Made by a program: the position numbers and the translations under genes. From positions 125,302,001 through 125,366,000 of the forward strand of contig OX597819.1 of NCBI GenBank assembly GCA_951406725.2: 64,000 nt of DNA, read 5' to 3'. The DNA is from Octopus vulgaris. Lineage: Eukaryota. This document shows, one piece after another, positions 12,844 through 24,735 of this stretch (position 1 is the stretch's first letter; every line of letters begins with the position of its first letter). The notes below the pieces were generated by a model that searched no databases, was not told the origin of the DNA, and saw only the letters and a program-made list of their open reading frames with translations.

Positions 12844-12928
12844 CTGCAAACCATGTCTTTGGGTGTTGTTGTTTTTATGACTGAATGTGTTTCAACCATG
12901 ATCTCCATCCTTTCTTTCTTAAGGGTAT
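12844..12928 (-). CDS. Candidate pro-region exon of the cystine-knot gene: (D)TLKKERMEIMVETHSVIKTTTPKDMVC(R); may extend 5' to ~13155
   Basis: Donor TGCAG|gtgaat (phase 2) joins exon 10395 in frame to give VCRIIKY; acceptor gttttag (phase 1); the frame stays open up to 13157, so the 5' boundary is uncertain. Confidence 0.55.
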
Positions 12929-13570
12929 CTAAAACTACATAATCCTGTCTCCTTAAGATAGATAGCAGTATGTTTTGAAGGAGAGTGGGGTTGGTTATTA
13001 TTTCTAACAAAGCAAGTGACCACATAGGAGGCTTCAGTGTTATGTAAGTTGACTGGTTAAGCACAAGCTCCTTTGTTGGTTGGCCAAGAACTCTATAGTT
13101 ATTAATGATACAAGAAGACCTCCCTTTTACACTTTCTCTACCACACGTACACACACTTTAAAATATATCATTTGTAGAAGGTAATTATATTTCTTTAAAA
13201 TGATATCTAAGATGTTATTAGTTAAAATTCGTATTAGTTGTGTGGTGGTGAGGACAGGGTGGTCATTGCTGAAATACTTTATACTTTTGATCATAAATTT
13301 GCTTATTTACTGCTGACCTACGTCTAATAAAGAGCAACTCTCATTTTTTAAATTACCTAATTTCTTGTTTGGAACCCTTGATTCAGATCATGTTTCTCAA
13401 ACAAAAACTATCTAATAACAAGCTAGCCAAAGCTTTTAAACTATATCATATCTTCACAGTAAATAAATATATCACAAAAATGAAATGAACAAAAAAAAAT
13501 AATAATAAATAAGAAAATAAGTATGAAAGAAAGAAATAGAACCGGATGCCAAACTTTTTTTTTTCCTTAT

Positions 13571-13667
13571 CTAAGGGAATACTATCAGCATGTGCCCCTG
13601 GGGTATGTATGAGATTTTGATAAACCATAATCCAAATCAAGATGATATTATTTTTGACTTGAAAATC
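13571..13667 (-). CDS. Candidate signal-peptide exon DFQVKNNIILIWIMVYQNLIHTPGAHA/DSIPL
   Basis: Acceptors caacag| (13667) or ttttag| (13682), both phase 0; hydrophobic core and A-x-A; the expected donor reads G|ATAAGG, not GT. Confidence 0.35.
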
Positions 13668-13944
13668 CTGTTGATATGATTTCTAAAAGTGCTTCACTAA
13701 TTGGTTCTTTTCTGGGTTCCCTTATGTACCACGAGCACAAGTTAAACCATAGCTTTACAGTTTAAATTTTTTTCTTCTTTGTCTAATAGCTTGCTACACA
13801 TATCATACAGTATATCTCAAAGATATGCAGTATTTTATTACGCTTTACTTGTGTCACGAAGTATTAAATCTAGTATGACAGCACCTGCAAATATGGCTAC
13901 ATGTGCAACATGACATTGCTTTCTTAAATACAAGTTTTCAAGCT

Positions 13945-14358
13945 TATCATCATCATCATCATCATCATCATTTAACGTCTGTTTTCCATGCTGGCATGGG
14001 TTGGACAGTTCGACCGGGGTCTGGGAAGCCAGGAGGCTGCACCAGGCTCCAGTCTGATCTGGCAGTGTTTCTACAGCTGGATGCCCTTCCTAATGCCAAC
14101 CACTCCATGAGTGTAGTGGGTGCTTTTTACGTGCCACCAGCACAGGTGCCAGGGGAGGCTGGTAACGGCCACGATCGGTTGGTGCTTTTTATGTGCCACC
14201 GGCACGGAAGCCAGTCAAAGCGGCGCTGGCATCGGCCACATACGGATGGTGCTTTTTACGTGCCAGGGTAGACTGGCAATGGCCACGAATGGTTGGTGCT
14301 TTTTATGTGCCACCAGCACACACAGAAGCCAGTCACGGTGGCGCTGGCATCGGCCATG
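13945..14358 (-). mobile_element. RTE-tail repeat
   Basis: (CAT)n tail plus tandem ggtgctttttacgtgccacc units. Confidence 0.85.
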
Positions 14359-14565
14359 TCCTGAGTAAATTTGTGAACGATATTCTATAGTGTTCTTAGA
14401 CCCTTCAAAGAAATTAGCAATGGAATAAGCTTTCATTTATTTGTGTTCAATCATAAATTGAAAATTGGTTTACTAATAACTTCTCTGCACACATATAAAT
14501 ATTCACTTATGACATTAGCACAAGATCTCACACTTATATTGGAGAGGTATAATATAACAACTTAC

Positions 14566-14598
14566 CATATTCTAATTGTCAAAAATAATTTTTAAAAT
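14566..14598 (-). CDS. Candidate 33-nt exon ending in the start codon (ATG 14568-14566; remainder 5' UTR)
   Basis: Acceptor ttttgtttcttgtcctctttatcag and consensus donor ATG|GTAAGT; phase 0 fits the next exon. Confidence 0.4.
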
Positions 14599-14696
14599 CT
14601 GATAAAGAGGACAAGAAACAAAACTTACCAATTTGGTTTCAGCATAAGAAAAATGGAATAGTTCCAGTTTCCTGTCATTACTTCTTTTATCAGTTT

Positions 14697-15033
14697 GACA
14701 GAGCGGCTAACCGGCTTTCGTGCCAGTGGCACTTAAAAGGCACCATTCTAGCGTGATCGTTACCAGCGTCGTTCTACTGGCACCCGCACCAGTGGCATGT
14801 GTAAAAGATTTGAGCGAGGTTGTTGCCAGTGCCACCTGACTGGCCCTGTGCCAGTGGCACGTAAAAGCACACATTACACTCTTGGAGTGGTTGGCGTTAG
14901 GAAGGGCATCCAGCTGTAGAAACTCTGCCAGATCAAGATTGAAGCCTGGTGCAGCCATCTGGTTGGCCAGCCCTCAGTCATACATCCAACCCATGCTAGC
15001 ATGGAAAGCGAACGTTAAACAATGATGATGATG
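14697..15033 (+). mobile_element. RTE-tail repeat
   Basis: Tandem units plus gggcatccagctgtagaaac tail and (GAT)n. Confidence 0.85.
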
Positions 15034-15160
15034 AAGTCATAAATGTTAGAAATATGTTTGGGATTATTGAAATTTGAACTCATAAATTGAATTGAATTCA
15101 ACTGCAATCTTTCATAAAGGTGGGCATTTTGTTGTCATTTTGACAAAAGGACACCTCCTC

Positions 15161-15546
15161 TTTTACTCTTTTACTTGTTTCAGTCATTTGACTGCGGCCA
15201 TGCTGGAGCACCGCCTTTAGTCTAGCAAATCGACCCCGGGACTTATTCTTTGTAAGCCCAGTACTTATTCTATCATTCTCTTTTGCCAAACCGCTAAGTG
15301 ACGGGGACGTAAACACACCAGCATCGGTTGTCAAGCAATGCTAGGGGGGACAAACACGCACACACACAAACACACATATATACATATATACGACAAGCTT
15401 CTTTCAGTTTCTGTCTACCAAATCCACTCACAAGGCATTGGTCGGCCCGGGGCTATAGGAGAAGACACTTGCCCAAGATGCCACGCAGTGGGACTGAACC
15501 CAGAACCATGTGGTTGGTTAGCAAGCTACTTACCACACAGCCACTC
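15161..15546 (-). mobile_element. SINE family A
   Basis: Reverse complement of 8215-8612. Confidence 0.9.
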
Positions 15547-15974
15547 GTTTCATTTAATTTTTAGAAATTGGTAGCAGAACTTCTTGGAAACTTATTTGTC
15601 ATAGATCCCTGTTAGAGTTCAAACAATTAAATTTGGCAATCTGCTTAATACTACAAAAACCAAGATTAACTACTGTCTCTGTGAAGCCATGAAGTTTGTA
15701 ACAGAATTTTTTTTCCCTTTTCAATATTTACTGCTGAGAACTTAGCTAGTTTAAGGATTGAACTTCTCTTTGAAATCCTTGTTTCCAAAATCTCTTCTTG
15801 GATTATTTGCAGTTAACTCATTAGCTTGTGATAGACCAGTCAAGTTGTCTTTTAATATTGAATTTGGTAGCTCTATATTTGGGTTCACTTGATACTGTAA
15901 AGGGAAGAATGAAAATAATCATTTTAATTCTCTGTAAAATTTTTATATTTTAATGTTAAAAATGTGACAATATA

Positions 15975-16256
15975 TTTCGTTTTTGGATTTGGTTTGCAAG
16001 ATTCTTTATATGAGTTCGTGTGTTGAAGCATATTCTATTGTGTCTGGGGAGAGTAATTTTCTTTTTGTGTCTTATTATGTAACACACACACCAGTAAAAA
16101 TTCCACATTTTTCTTATTTTTATTGTACTAAAATTTTCAGCAGTTTTGACTCAAAAATTTTAGGACAATAAAAATAAGAAAAACATGGAAATTTTACCAG
16201 TGAGTCTGTTACATAATAAGGCACAAAAAGAAAATGACTCTCCCCAGACACAATAG
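15975..16256. mobile_element. Fold-back insertion with 14-bp target-site duplication (family also at ~60069-60200)
   Basis: aatgtgacaatata at 15961-15974 and 16257-16270; imperfect palindrome 16033-16259. Confidence 0.75.
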
Positions 16257-16799
16257 AATGTGACAATATAACTTTTAGGAAGAAAATATCTTAAATATTT
16301 TCTGTAATTGAATTTAGTTGTAGATTCAAGTGACTGTTACTTCTATCAGTTGCTTTTTCGGTCAACTATTTTTATTCAATAAATTGTATTTTGATTAACT
16401 GTCCACATCCTCATTATTTTAGTATAAAGAGGTTTCTCCTCTTCATTTGCATTAACTAGCTACAGCTATTACTTATCCTATTAATAGAGACAAAATACAA
16501 GCACCTGAAATATCAATTATATATTCTACTCATTATACATTTTTCTGTTTCAGTTATTCTCATATCTAATTAAATAGTTATTTACTTATTGCAATTACGT
16601 TTTGGCAAAAAGATGACGGCATCACTGTGTGATTAAGATGTTGACTCCACACTCATGCAGTCTTTAGATTCAATCCCATGCCACCTTGGCCAAGTCTTAC
16701 ATTATAGTCTTGGTTGGCCAATGCCTTACAAGCAAAATTTGAGAGGCGGTAGCTTTCTGGAAGCTAATCCAACATAAATATATATGTTGCCTTACTCAC

Positions 16800-17103
16800 T
16801 CACACCTGTGCTGGTGACATGTGAAACATCCAAGCGAGGTCGTTGCCAGTGCCGCTGGACTGGCTCCTGTGCAGGTAGCATGTAAAAAGCACCATTTGGG
16901 CATGGCCACTGCCAGTACCACCAAACTGGCCCTCGTGCCAGTGGCACGTAAAAGCACCCACTACACTCTCAGAGTGGTTGGCATTAGGAAGGACATCCAG
17001 CTGTAGAAACTCTGCCAGATCAGATTGGAGTCTGGTTCGCCAGACCTCAGTCAAATCGTCCAACCCATGCTAGCATGGAAAGTGGACATTAAACGATGAT
17101 GAT
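16800..17103 (+). mobile_element. RTE-tail repeat
   Basis: Same family motifs. Confidence 0.85.
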
Positions 17104-17354
17104 GTATGTATATATCATTATCACTATTAAACATCCATTTTCCATGCTAGTATGGGTTCAGTGGTTTGGCAGAGGACTGCATCAGGCCCTACTGTCTGCT
17201 TTGGCATGGTTTTTATAGCTGGATGTCCTTCCTTATGCCAACCAGTTCACAGAGTAGGTGGATGGATGGATAGATTCATTAGAATCTAGACATATCAACA
17301 AGTAGGATGCCTGGATTGGCTAGAACAGCTATTAAATGTAATTTGTTGTTAGTA

Positions 17355-18692
17355 TGAGGGCTGATAATTAAGTATCTGTACTGTTGCCCTAGTAACAAAA
17401 CTAAAGCATGCTGAGTGAAGCTACTTTGCAAAGATTGACCTTAAACTCTGCTGTGCATGTGTGATAAGTTTTAACATTCCAGCTCACTTCTGCTGTTTAC
17501 AGCAGTGCTTGAAAGGAAGGTGTGTAGCGTGTGATTGTCACATTGACCATGACAGAGAAAGTTGTCATGATGATACTTGCTGAGAGGCCTATGCAAAGTG
17601 TATGGAGAGGAGAAAGTGTATAGAGAGGAGTATATGAGCCACACACAAGTGTACGAGTGGTTCAGATGTTTCCAAGAAGATAGGGCGGTGAGCTGGCAGA
17701 AATATTAGCACACCGGGAAAAATGCTTAGCGGTATTTAGTCTACTGTTACATTCTGAGTTCAAATTCCACCGAGGTCGACTTTGCCTTTCATCCTTTCGG
17801 GGTCGATTAAATAAGTACCAGTTACGCACTGGGGTCGATATAATCGACTTAATCCGTTTGCCTGTCCTTGTTTGTCCTCTCTGTGTTTAGCCCCTTGTAG
17901 GTAGTAAAGAAATAGGTATTTCGTCTGCCACTACGTTCTGAGTTCAAATTCCGCCGAGGTTGACTTTGCCTTTCATCCTTTCAGGGTCGATTAAATAAGT
18001 ACCAGTTACACACTGGGGTCAATATAATCAACTTAATCCGTTTGTCTGTCCTGGTTTATCCCCTCTGTGTGTATCCCCTTGTGGGTAGTAAAGAAATAAG
18101 ATGTTTCCAAGATGACCACAAAAATGTTGATATTGTCAAACGTTCTGAGAGATCCACAACCAGCAGAACTGAGAAGACATCACAGATGTGCAAGCAGCTG
18201 TGAGGGGATAATCATCAAATCACCCTCCGTGAGTTATCAGAGGATATGCAGATTAGTTACGGTTAAGTTCAGTCCATTATCACTGAAGATTTGAGTATAA
18301 GATGCGTGTCTGCCAAGTTTGTGCCAAAACTGCTTTCAGCTGACTGAAAGGACACTTGGGTTTCAGTTGCACAAGATCTCCTTGATTGTGTCTAGAAAGA
18401 TGAAAACTTTTTGAAAACTTTGTGTCGGCCTCTTAGCAGGTATTGCCAAGCTTTTGGCAAAATTTAATGCAGATTCTCTGTTTAGCTTTCACTGTCATGG
18501 TCAGTGTGACAATCACACGCTACACACCTTCCCTCCAAGCACTGCTGTATATAGCGGATACGAGCTAGAACATTAAAACTTAGTGTGCAGGAGCAGCAAA
18601 ATTCAAGGTCAGTCTGTGCGAAGCAGTTTTACTCTTTGTGATTTAGCTTCATTACTATAGCAGCAGTCTGGATACTTATTGATCAGACCACA
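17355..18692. mobile_element. Non-autonomous mariner derivative made of two inverted 5' ends, carrying a nested SINE B dimer
   Basis: TA flanks; ~210-bp imperfect arms; + strand ITLRELSEDMQISYG..VSAKFVPKLLS; - strand MTVKAKQRICIKFCQKLG. Confidence 0.8.
17683..18098 (+). mobile_element. SINE B head-to-tail dimer with a single head (184-bp period)
   Basis: ggtattt at 17731 and 17915; TSD agatgtttccaaga at 17664-17677 and 18099-18112. Confidence 0.9.
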
Positions 18693-18718
18693 TATACAGC
18701 AGGTATGTATATATGTGT

Positions 18719-18750
<32 letters not shown>

Positions 18751-19098
18751 TGGTACCAAATCCAATATAAACCATAGAGCCAGCCCAGGATTGGTTCCAG
18801 GTGTGGCATATGTATAAAAGAAGAACACAAGTGAGGTTTAAAATTTACTACAGCTGTTTCACTAGCATTTTATTGCTTCATTCTAAGATTTCATTACAAC
18901 AAAATCCTGCCATCCTCAAGTAAAATTTTATACATGTGTTTAAAATTTTACCTGGGGATGGTGATTTTTGCTGTGATGTAAGCTAAAAATACATTGATGA
19001 AATGCTATGAAAGCAGCTGTAGCAGTAAATTTTAAACCCAGATTGTGTTCTTGCGTGTGCATATGTGTGTATGTATATATACATATATATATGAGTGT

Positions 19099-19132
<34 letters not shown>

Positions 19133-19308
19133 ATAATAAATAACATTAGGGTAATAAGAATTATATAAATATATATATAAGATGGTAAACGTTTTAAATT
19201 TTCATTCCTTTCGAGAATTTATCCCTAATTAGTGGTTTGACTTTTCTACTGGTCTTTCTAGCACAAGGCTTTCCTATTTGGAAGCCTCTTGATGTGTTTT
19301 AATGTATA

Positions 19309-19369
<61 letters not shown>

Positions 19370-19425
19370 ATATTAGGGAGTAAATCCAAACTTACAGGAT
19401 TTGCCTAATAGTGGTTTTATTTCTA

Positions 19426-19470
<45 letters not shown>

Positions 19471-19490
19471 TGAACACACACATAAATGTG

Positions 19491-19525
<35 letters not shown>

Positions 19526-19854
19526 TCATACACACACACACACCTAAATACACCCATGCATATATTGTGTGTATGTACATGTCCTCATTTTGGTACCACT
19601 TGTATAGTGATTCAATGTGCAAAGACCTGTGGGAATATCTTACTTGAAAAGCAAATAAAGATTGGCATCAGGAAAGGCACGGAATCAGAGAATACTGCCC
19701 CAAGAGGTCTTATCCAACCTTCTTTACCCCACAAAAAAAGGACACAAAAGGAATAATGAAGTAGCAGGCTGACAGAAGCATTAGGGCATCGGAATTAAGG
19801 CTTTGCAGTATTTCTTTTGATTGTTTATGTTCTTCTGATGAAATGTATTGTACC

Positions 19855-20457
19855 TATTTCTTTACTACCCACAAGGGGCTAAACACAGAGAGGACAAACA
19901 AGGACAGACAAACGGATTAAGTCGATTATATCGACCCCAGTGCATAACTGGTACTTAATTTATCGACTCTGAAAGGATGAAAGGCAAAGTCGACTTCGGC
20001 AGAATTTGAACTCAGAATGTAAAGGCAGATGAAATACCTATTTCTTTACTACCCACAAGGGGCTAAACACAGAGAGGACAAGCAAGGACAGACAAACGGA
20101 TTAAATTGAGTACATTGACCCCAGTGCGTAACTGGTACTTAATTTATCGAACCCGAAAGGATGAAAAGCAAAGTCGACCTCGGTGGAATTTGAACTCAGA
20201 ACGTAGTGGCAGATGAAATACCTATTTCTTTACTACCCACAAGGGGCTAAACACAGAGAGGACAAACATGTACAGACAAACGGATTAAGTTGATTACATC
20301 GACCCCAGTGCGTAACTGCTACTTAATTTATCGACCCCGAAAGGATGAAAGGCAAAGTCAACCTTGGCGAAATTTGAACTCAGAACATAACGGCAGACGA
20401 AATACGGCTATGCATTTTGCCCAGCGTGCTAACGTTTCTGCCAGCTTGCCGCCTTAT
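19855..20457 (-). mobile_element. SINE B trimer with a single head (184-bp period)
   Basis: Units begin at 19855, 20039 and 20223; TSD atgtattgtac at 19843-19853 and 20458-20468. Confidence 0.9.
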
Positions 20458-21639
20458 ATGTATTGTACTTGAGCACTGTAAACAATAAGGTTACAGGATA
20501 AGCGACAGTAATGTTAAGTAACACACAGCCACCGACCACATCATCACATGTTCAAATTCTTTCTATCTTACATTTTTCCGGCAGCTTCTGTTGAAAAGCT
20601 GGTACCAATTTTATGAGATGGCTAGCGAGAGGAAAAATATCTTTCTTTTTCCTGTTCTTTCATTTTGTTTTTTCTTCTTTTCCTATGTTATCAAAATTTG
20701 AAAACTTCTCTATCCCAAGAATGGGTAGGGAAATTAGATATGTAATTGACAAAAAAAAAAAGTAAAGAGAAAGAAAGAACACATCTAAGCAAAATTCCTC
20801 TGGTAAGCATTTGCAATGTGACACCTTAAAAAAAATTGGGGATTTATTGACCCCTTATTTTTAAAACTTTTGAACCTAAAATCTGAATATACTTCTACTT
20901 CTTCGGATAATGATATTATTACTGCTTTAGTTCATAACTTTGGTAAAGCAGTGGCAGCCAAAAAAATTGAAATATTTATTCAACAGTATGTGTACTCTTA
21001 ATAAATTTTCTACAAGATGTCTGTGTGTGTAGTTGTATTTTTTCCTTCTAATGTACCGGGAGCTGCTTTGAGGTGTCAGTATTTACATTGCACCCCACTT
21101 GGAAGTAAATTGTGTAAATGGTCTATATACCAGCACCTCGCCTCAGCAGATAAGACATGGGTGTGTATGTGTGTGTGACTGTGTGTGTGTGTGTGTTTAT
21201 TCAAGTCATAAAGGCATGGAAAATAAACATTAAATTAATGGTGATAATGGCATGTATGGACATCTCTGATAAATCTCAAAGTAAACAATATTTCTCTCTC
21301 TCTCTCTCTGTTTATCAGACACCAACCACAATTAGGATTCGGAAGTAGCCCTGGGGTCCCTCCTCACCCCATGGGACATTTCACTATTTATGGCTGTTAT
21401 GTCTTATTGATCCCAGAAAGATATAAGAAGTTTAGCCAACATCGTTACGGTTCAAGTTCATATTGGCACTCTGCTTCTGAGTTACCATTTTAACATTATA
21501 TAGACAAGTCAATTTCAGAAGCTTCTATGTGGTTGCTTAACCTACTGGAAATAGCAGCTAAATCTCACTCTAATTTTACACTCATGTTAAAAGGCAGGTT
21601 GTTTTGGCCTTCTCTCCTTTGATGGTTCCAGTAGCATTG

Positions 21640-21900
21640 AATTTACCTGTTGAGGCAAGTGAAATCAATCAAAATCAAAATCAAATTCGATGACTGGCGC
21701 CCGTGCTAACAGGGTGCAAAGAGCACCATACGAGCGTGATCATTGACAGAGCGGCTAACCGGCTTCTGTGCCAGTGGCACTTAAAAGGCACCATTCAAGC
21801 GTGATCATTACCAGCGTCACCTTACTGGCACTTGTGCCTGTGCTAGTAGGGTGCCAAGAGCACCATCCAAGCGTGATCATTGCCAGAGCAGCCAACTGGC
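21640..21900 (+). mobile_element. RTE 3' UTR fragment
   Basis: Matches 24380-24600 (acctgttgaggcaagtgaaatc...gatgactggc). Confidence 0.8.
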
Positions 21901-22042
21901 TTCCGTACCTGGAGATCAACTTTGCCTTTCATCCTTTCAGGGTCAATAAATTAAGTACCAGTGAAGCACTGGGGTCAATATAGTCAACTAAGTCCCCTAC
22001 CCCCAAATTTGAGGCCTTATGCCTCCAGTAGAAAAGATTATT

Positions 22043-22208
22043 TTTTTTTGTCCTTCAAATTTTATCATCATCATCATTTAGCGTCCGTTTTCCATGCTAG
22101 TATGGGTTGGACGGTTCACAGACCCCAGTTGAACCGTCCAACCCATACTAGCATGGAAAACGGACGCTAAATGATGATGATGATGATAAAATTTGAAGGA
22201 CAAAAAAA
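22043..22208. repeat. Near-perfect palindrome of an RTE tail plus its unique flank
   Basis: Arms 22043-22118 and 22130-22208; 11-nt spacer; only the (CAT)n length differs. Confidence 0.9.
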
Positions 22209-23489
22209 GAAATGTAGAAGAAAAAGTTATTAACATTAGTAAGAAATACGTTGTTAAATTTGGTAACTTCTCATCATTATTGGGAACAATAGTCATTGTT
22301 TGCTGACATAATGTTTCATATGAAAATGCATGATTGTCTGTCAAGAGGAGAAAAGGAAACTGACTGAGCCCATCCCACTGACTTCACACTAACAACAACA
22401 TAAACAACAATGATCTCTCTCTCTCTCTTTCTTTCTTTCTACTTGCCTTAGTCATTTTTACTGCAGCCATGCTGGGGCACCACCTTGAAGGGTTTTAGTC
22501 GAATAAATCAACTCTAGGACTTATATTGTTCAAAGCCTAATACTTGTTCTATCAATGTCTTTTGCTGAACCACTAAGTTACAGGGGTGTAAATACATGGG
22601 ATGTAAAGTCATGGTAGTCGAACCAAGAAAGAAAGGTCGGGCTTGGCCGAACACCAGTTACATGGAAGGAGAGGAGAGATGTAGTGGACAGAGGGATTGA
22701 AGAATTAGGGAGGGATGAGAAAGAGAGAAAAAAAAGGGAAAGGGACAGACTGAGGTTGCCAGGTACACATACATACATACATCTATTCTTTTACTTGTTT
22801 CGGTCATCTGACTGTGGCCATGCTGGAGCACCGCCTTCAGTCAAACAAATCGACCCCAGGACTTATTCTTTGTAAGCCTAGTATTTATTCTATCAGTCTC
22901 TTTTGCCAAACTGTTAAGTTCCTGCTCTCCCAGAGAAATCAGAAGACCACGTCTCACTCATATGTTTTCTTTTTAGTATGATTTCTACAAACTAGATGCT
23001 CTTTTTATCACCAACTGCTTTGCAGAGTGTACTAAGCATATTCTGTTATGACACCAGCACTAGAGGGTTTGTCATGTCCTCAAAACAAGGGACCTGTCTA
23101 CTCCGTGTTGGTTTTTTTCACCAACCACTTAACAGTGTTTTGAAGAATTGTCATGGAAACCATAACACAATCTCAAAACTTTACAATTGACTATATTGTT
23201 TCAAAAGTTGCTTTGTACATTATACACATAAGAGCATTTTGTATAATTAAAGGTTTTGTCTTGATTGTTTTATATTTTTTTTAACGATCTAGCCATACAG
23301 GCAGCAGATTGTGAGAATTGTTAAAGCATCAGACTAACTGCCTTCCAGTTGTTCTGGATCTTTATACTCATAAGTTCAAATCCTGCCAAGGTCAACTTTG
23401 CTTTTCATCCTACTAGGATGTCAATAAACTAAAGTACCGGTTTAAGACGGTGGGTTGACAAAATTGTTAGTGTCATTAGAACAAATACC

Positions 23490-23722
23490 TATTTCTTTAT
23501 TACCCACAGGGGGCTAAACACAGAGGGGACAAACAAGGACAGACAAATGGATTAAGTCGATTACATTGACCCCAGTGCGTAACTGGTACTTAATTTATCG
23601 ACCCCGAAAGGATGAAAGGCAAAGTCGACCTCGGCGGAATTTGAACTCAGAACGTAGTGGCAGATGAAATACGGCTATGCATTTCGCCCGGTGTGCTAAC
23701 GTTTCTGCCAGCTCGCCGCCTT
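23490..23722 (-). mobile_element. SINE family B, full length
   Basis: TSD aacaaatacc at 23480-23489 and 23729-23738. Confidence 0.9.
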
Positions 23723-23984
23723 AATCAAAACAAATACCACTAGGTGATACCTAGTGGTATTTGTTCTGACTCTTTACATTTTGATATCAGAGACCTTAGC
23801 TATTGTGAGGTTAACATTGTAGGTCTACTGACCACAATGTTCAAATCTTACTTTGGCCATTGTCTTGAGCTCTTCTTGACCACAGTACATATCACTGATT
23901 TTTCCAGTTTGCCTCGACTCAAAACAAAATAGTTGTATTTTCACTACATTGTTGAATGGGTTTGCAGTCAAAAGAGCATCTGGC

Positions 23985-24735
23985 TAGTGTGCATACTCGA
24001 CAGAGTGTAAGTACCTTGAGAGAAAAGTTGAACCTAAGAAGCATCAGATGTGGTGTGCAAGAGAGACGACTGTGCTGGTATGGTCATGTGGTGAGAATGG
24101 ATGTGGATAGCTGTGTGAAAAAGTGCCACACCCTAGCGGTTGAGGGAACCTGTGAAAGAGGTAGACCCAGGAAGACCTGGGATGAGGTGGTGAAGCATGA
24201 CCTTCAAACACTGGGCCTCACCGATGCAATGACTAGTGACCGGGACCTTTGGAAATATGCTGTGCTTGAGAAGACTCGGCAAGTTCAAGTGAGACCATAA
24301 CCTTGTGGCCTATGTTAGGGGTGTAACCAGCCCACTTATGCATAACTTTCCTCCATTGGACACTAAATTCTGCTTGCAAAGACCTGTTGAGGCAAGTGAA
24401 ATCAAAATCAAAATAAAATTCGATGACTGGCATCCGTGCTAGTGGAGCGCTAAGAGTACCATATGAGTGTGATCGTTGCCAGAGCAACAAGCTGGCCTCC
24501 GTACTGATGGCACGTAAAAAGCCCCATTCGAGCATGATCGTTACCTGTGACGCCTTACTGGCACTTGTACTGGTGGCACATGTAAAAACATTCGTGTGAG
24601 GTTGTTGCCAGTGCCACTGGACTGGCTCCTGTGCAGGTGGCACATAAAAAACACCATTTGAGCGTGGCCATTGCCAGAACCACCAAACTGGCCGTCATGC
24701 CGGTGGCACGTAAAAGCACCCACTACACTCTCAGA
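23985..24735 (+). mobile_element. RTE LINE 3' fragment (ORF C-terminus plus 3' UTR)
   Basis: RRLCWYGHVVRM...RGRPRKTWDEVVKHDL...DRDLW, then a UTR continuing into the RTE-tail tandem units. Confidence 0.9.

Noticed and set aside
12394-12942. 182-aa ORF and many similar HHHH..FHASMGW..LDALPNANH ORFs
   Set aside because: Antisense translations of the RTE-tail repeat, not a gene family.
19855-20457. CRISPR-like or retrozyme-like tandem array
   Set aside because: There are no unique spacers and I found no hammerhead core in the 184-bp unit; it is a SINE multimer.
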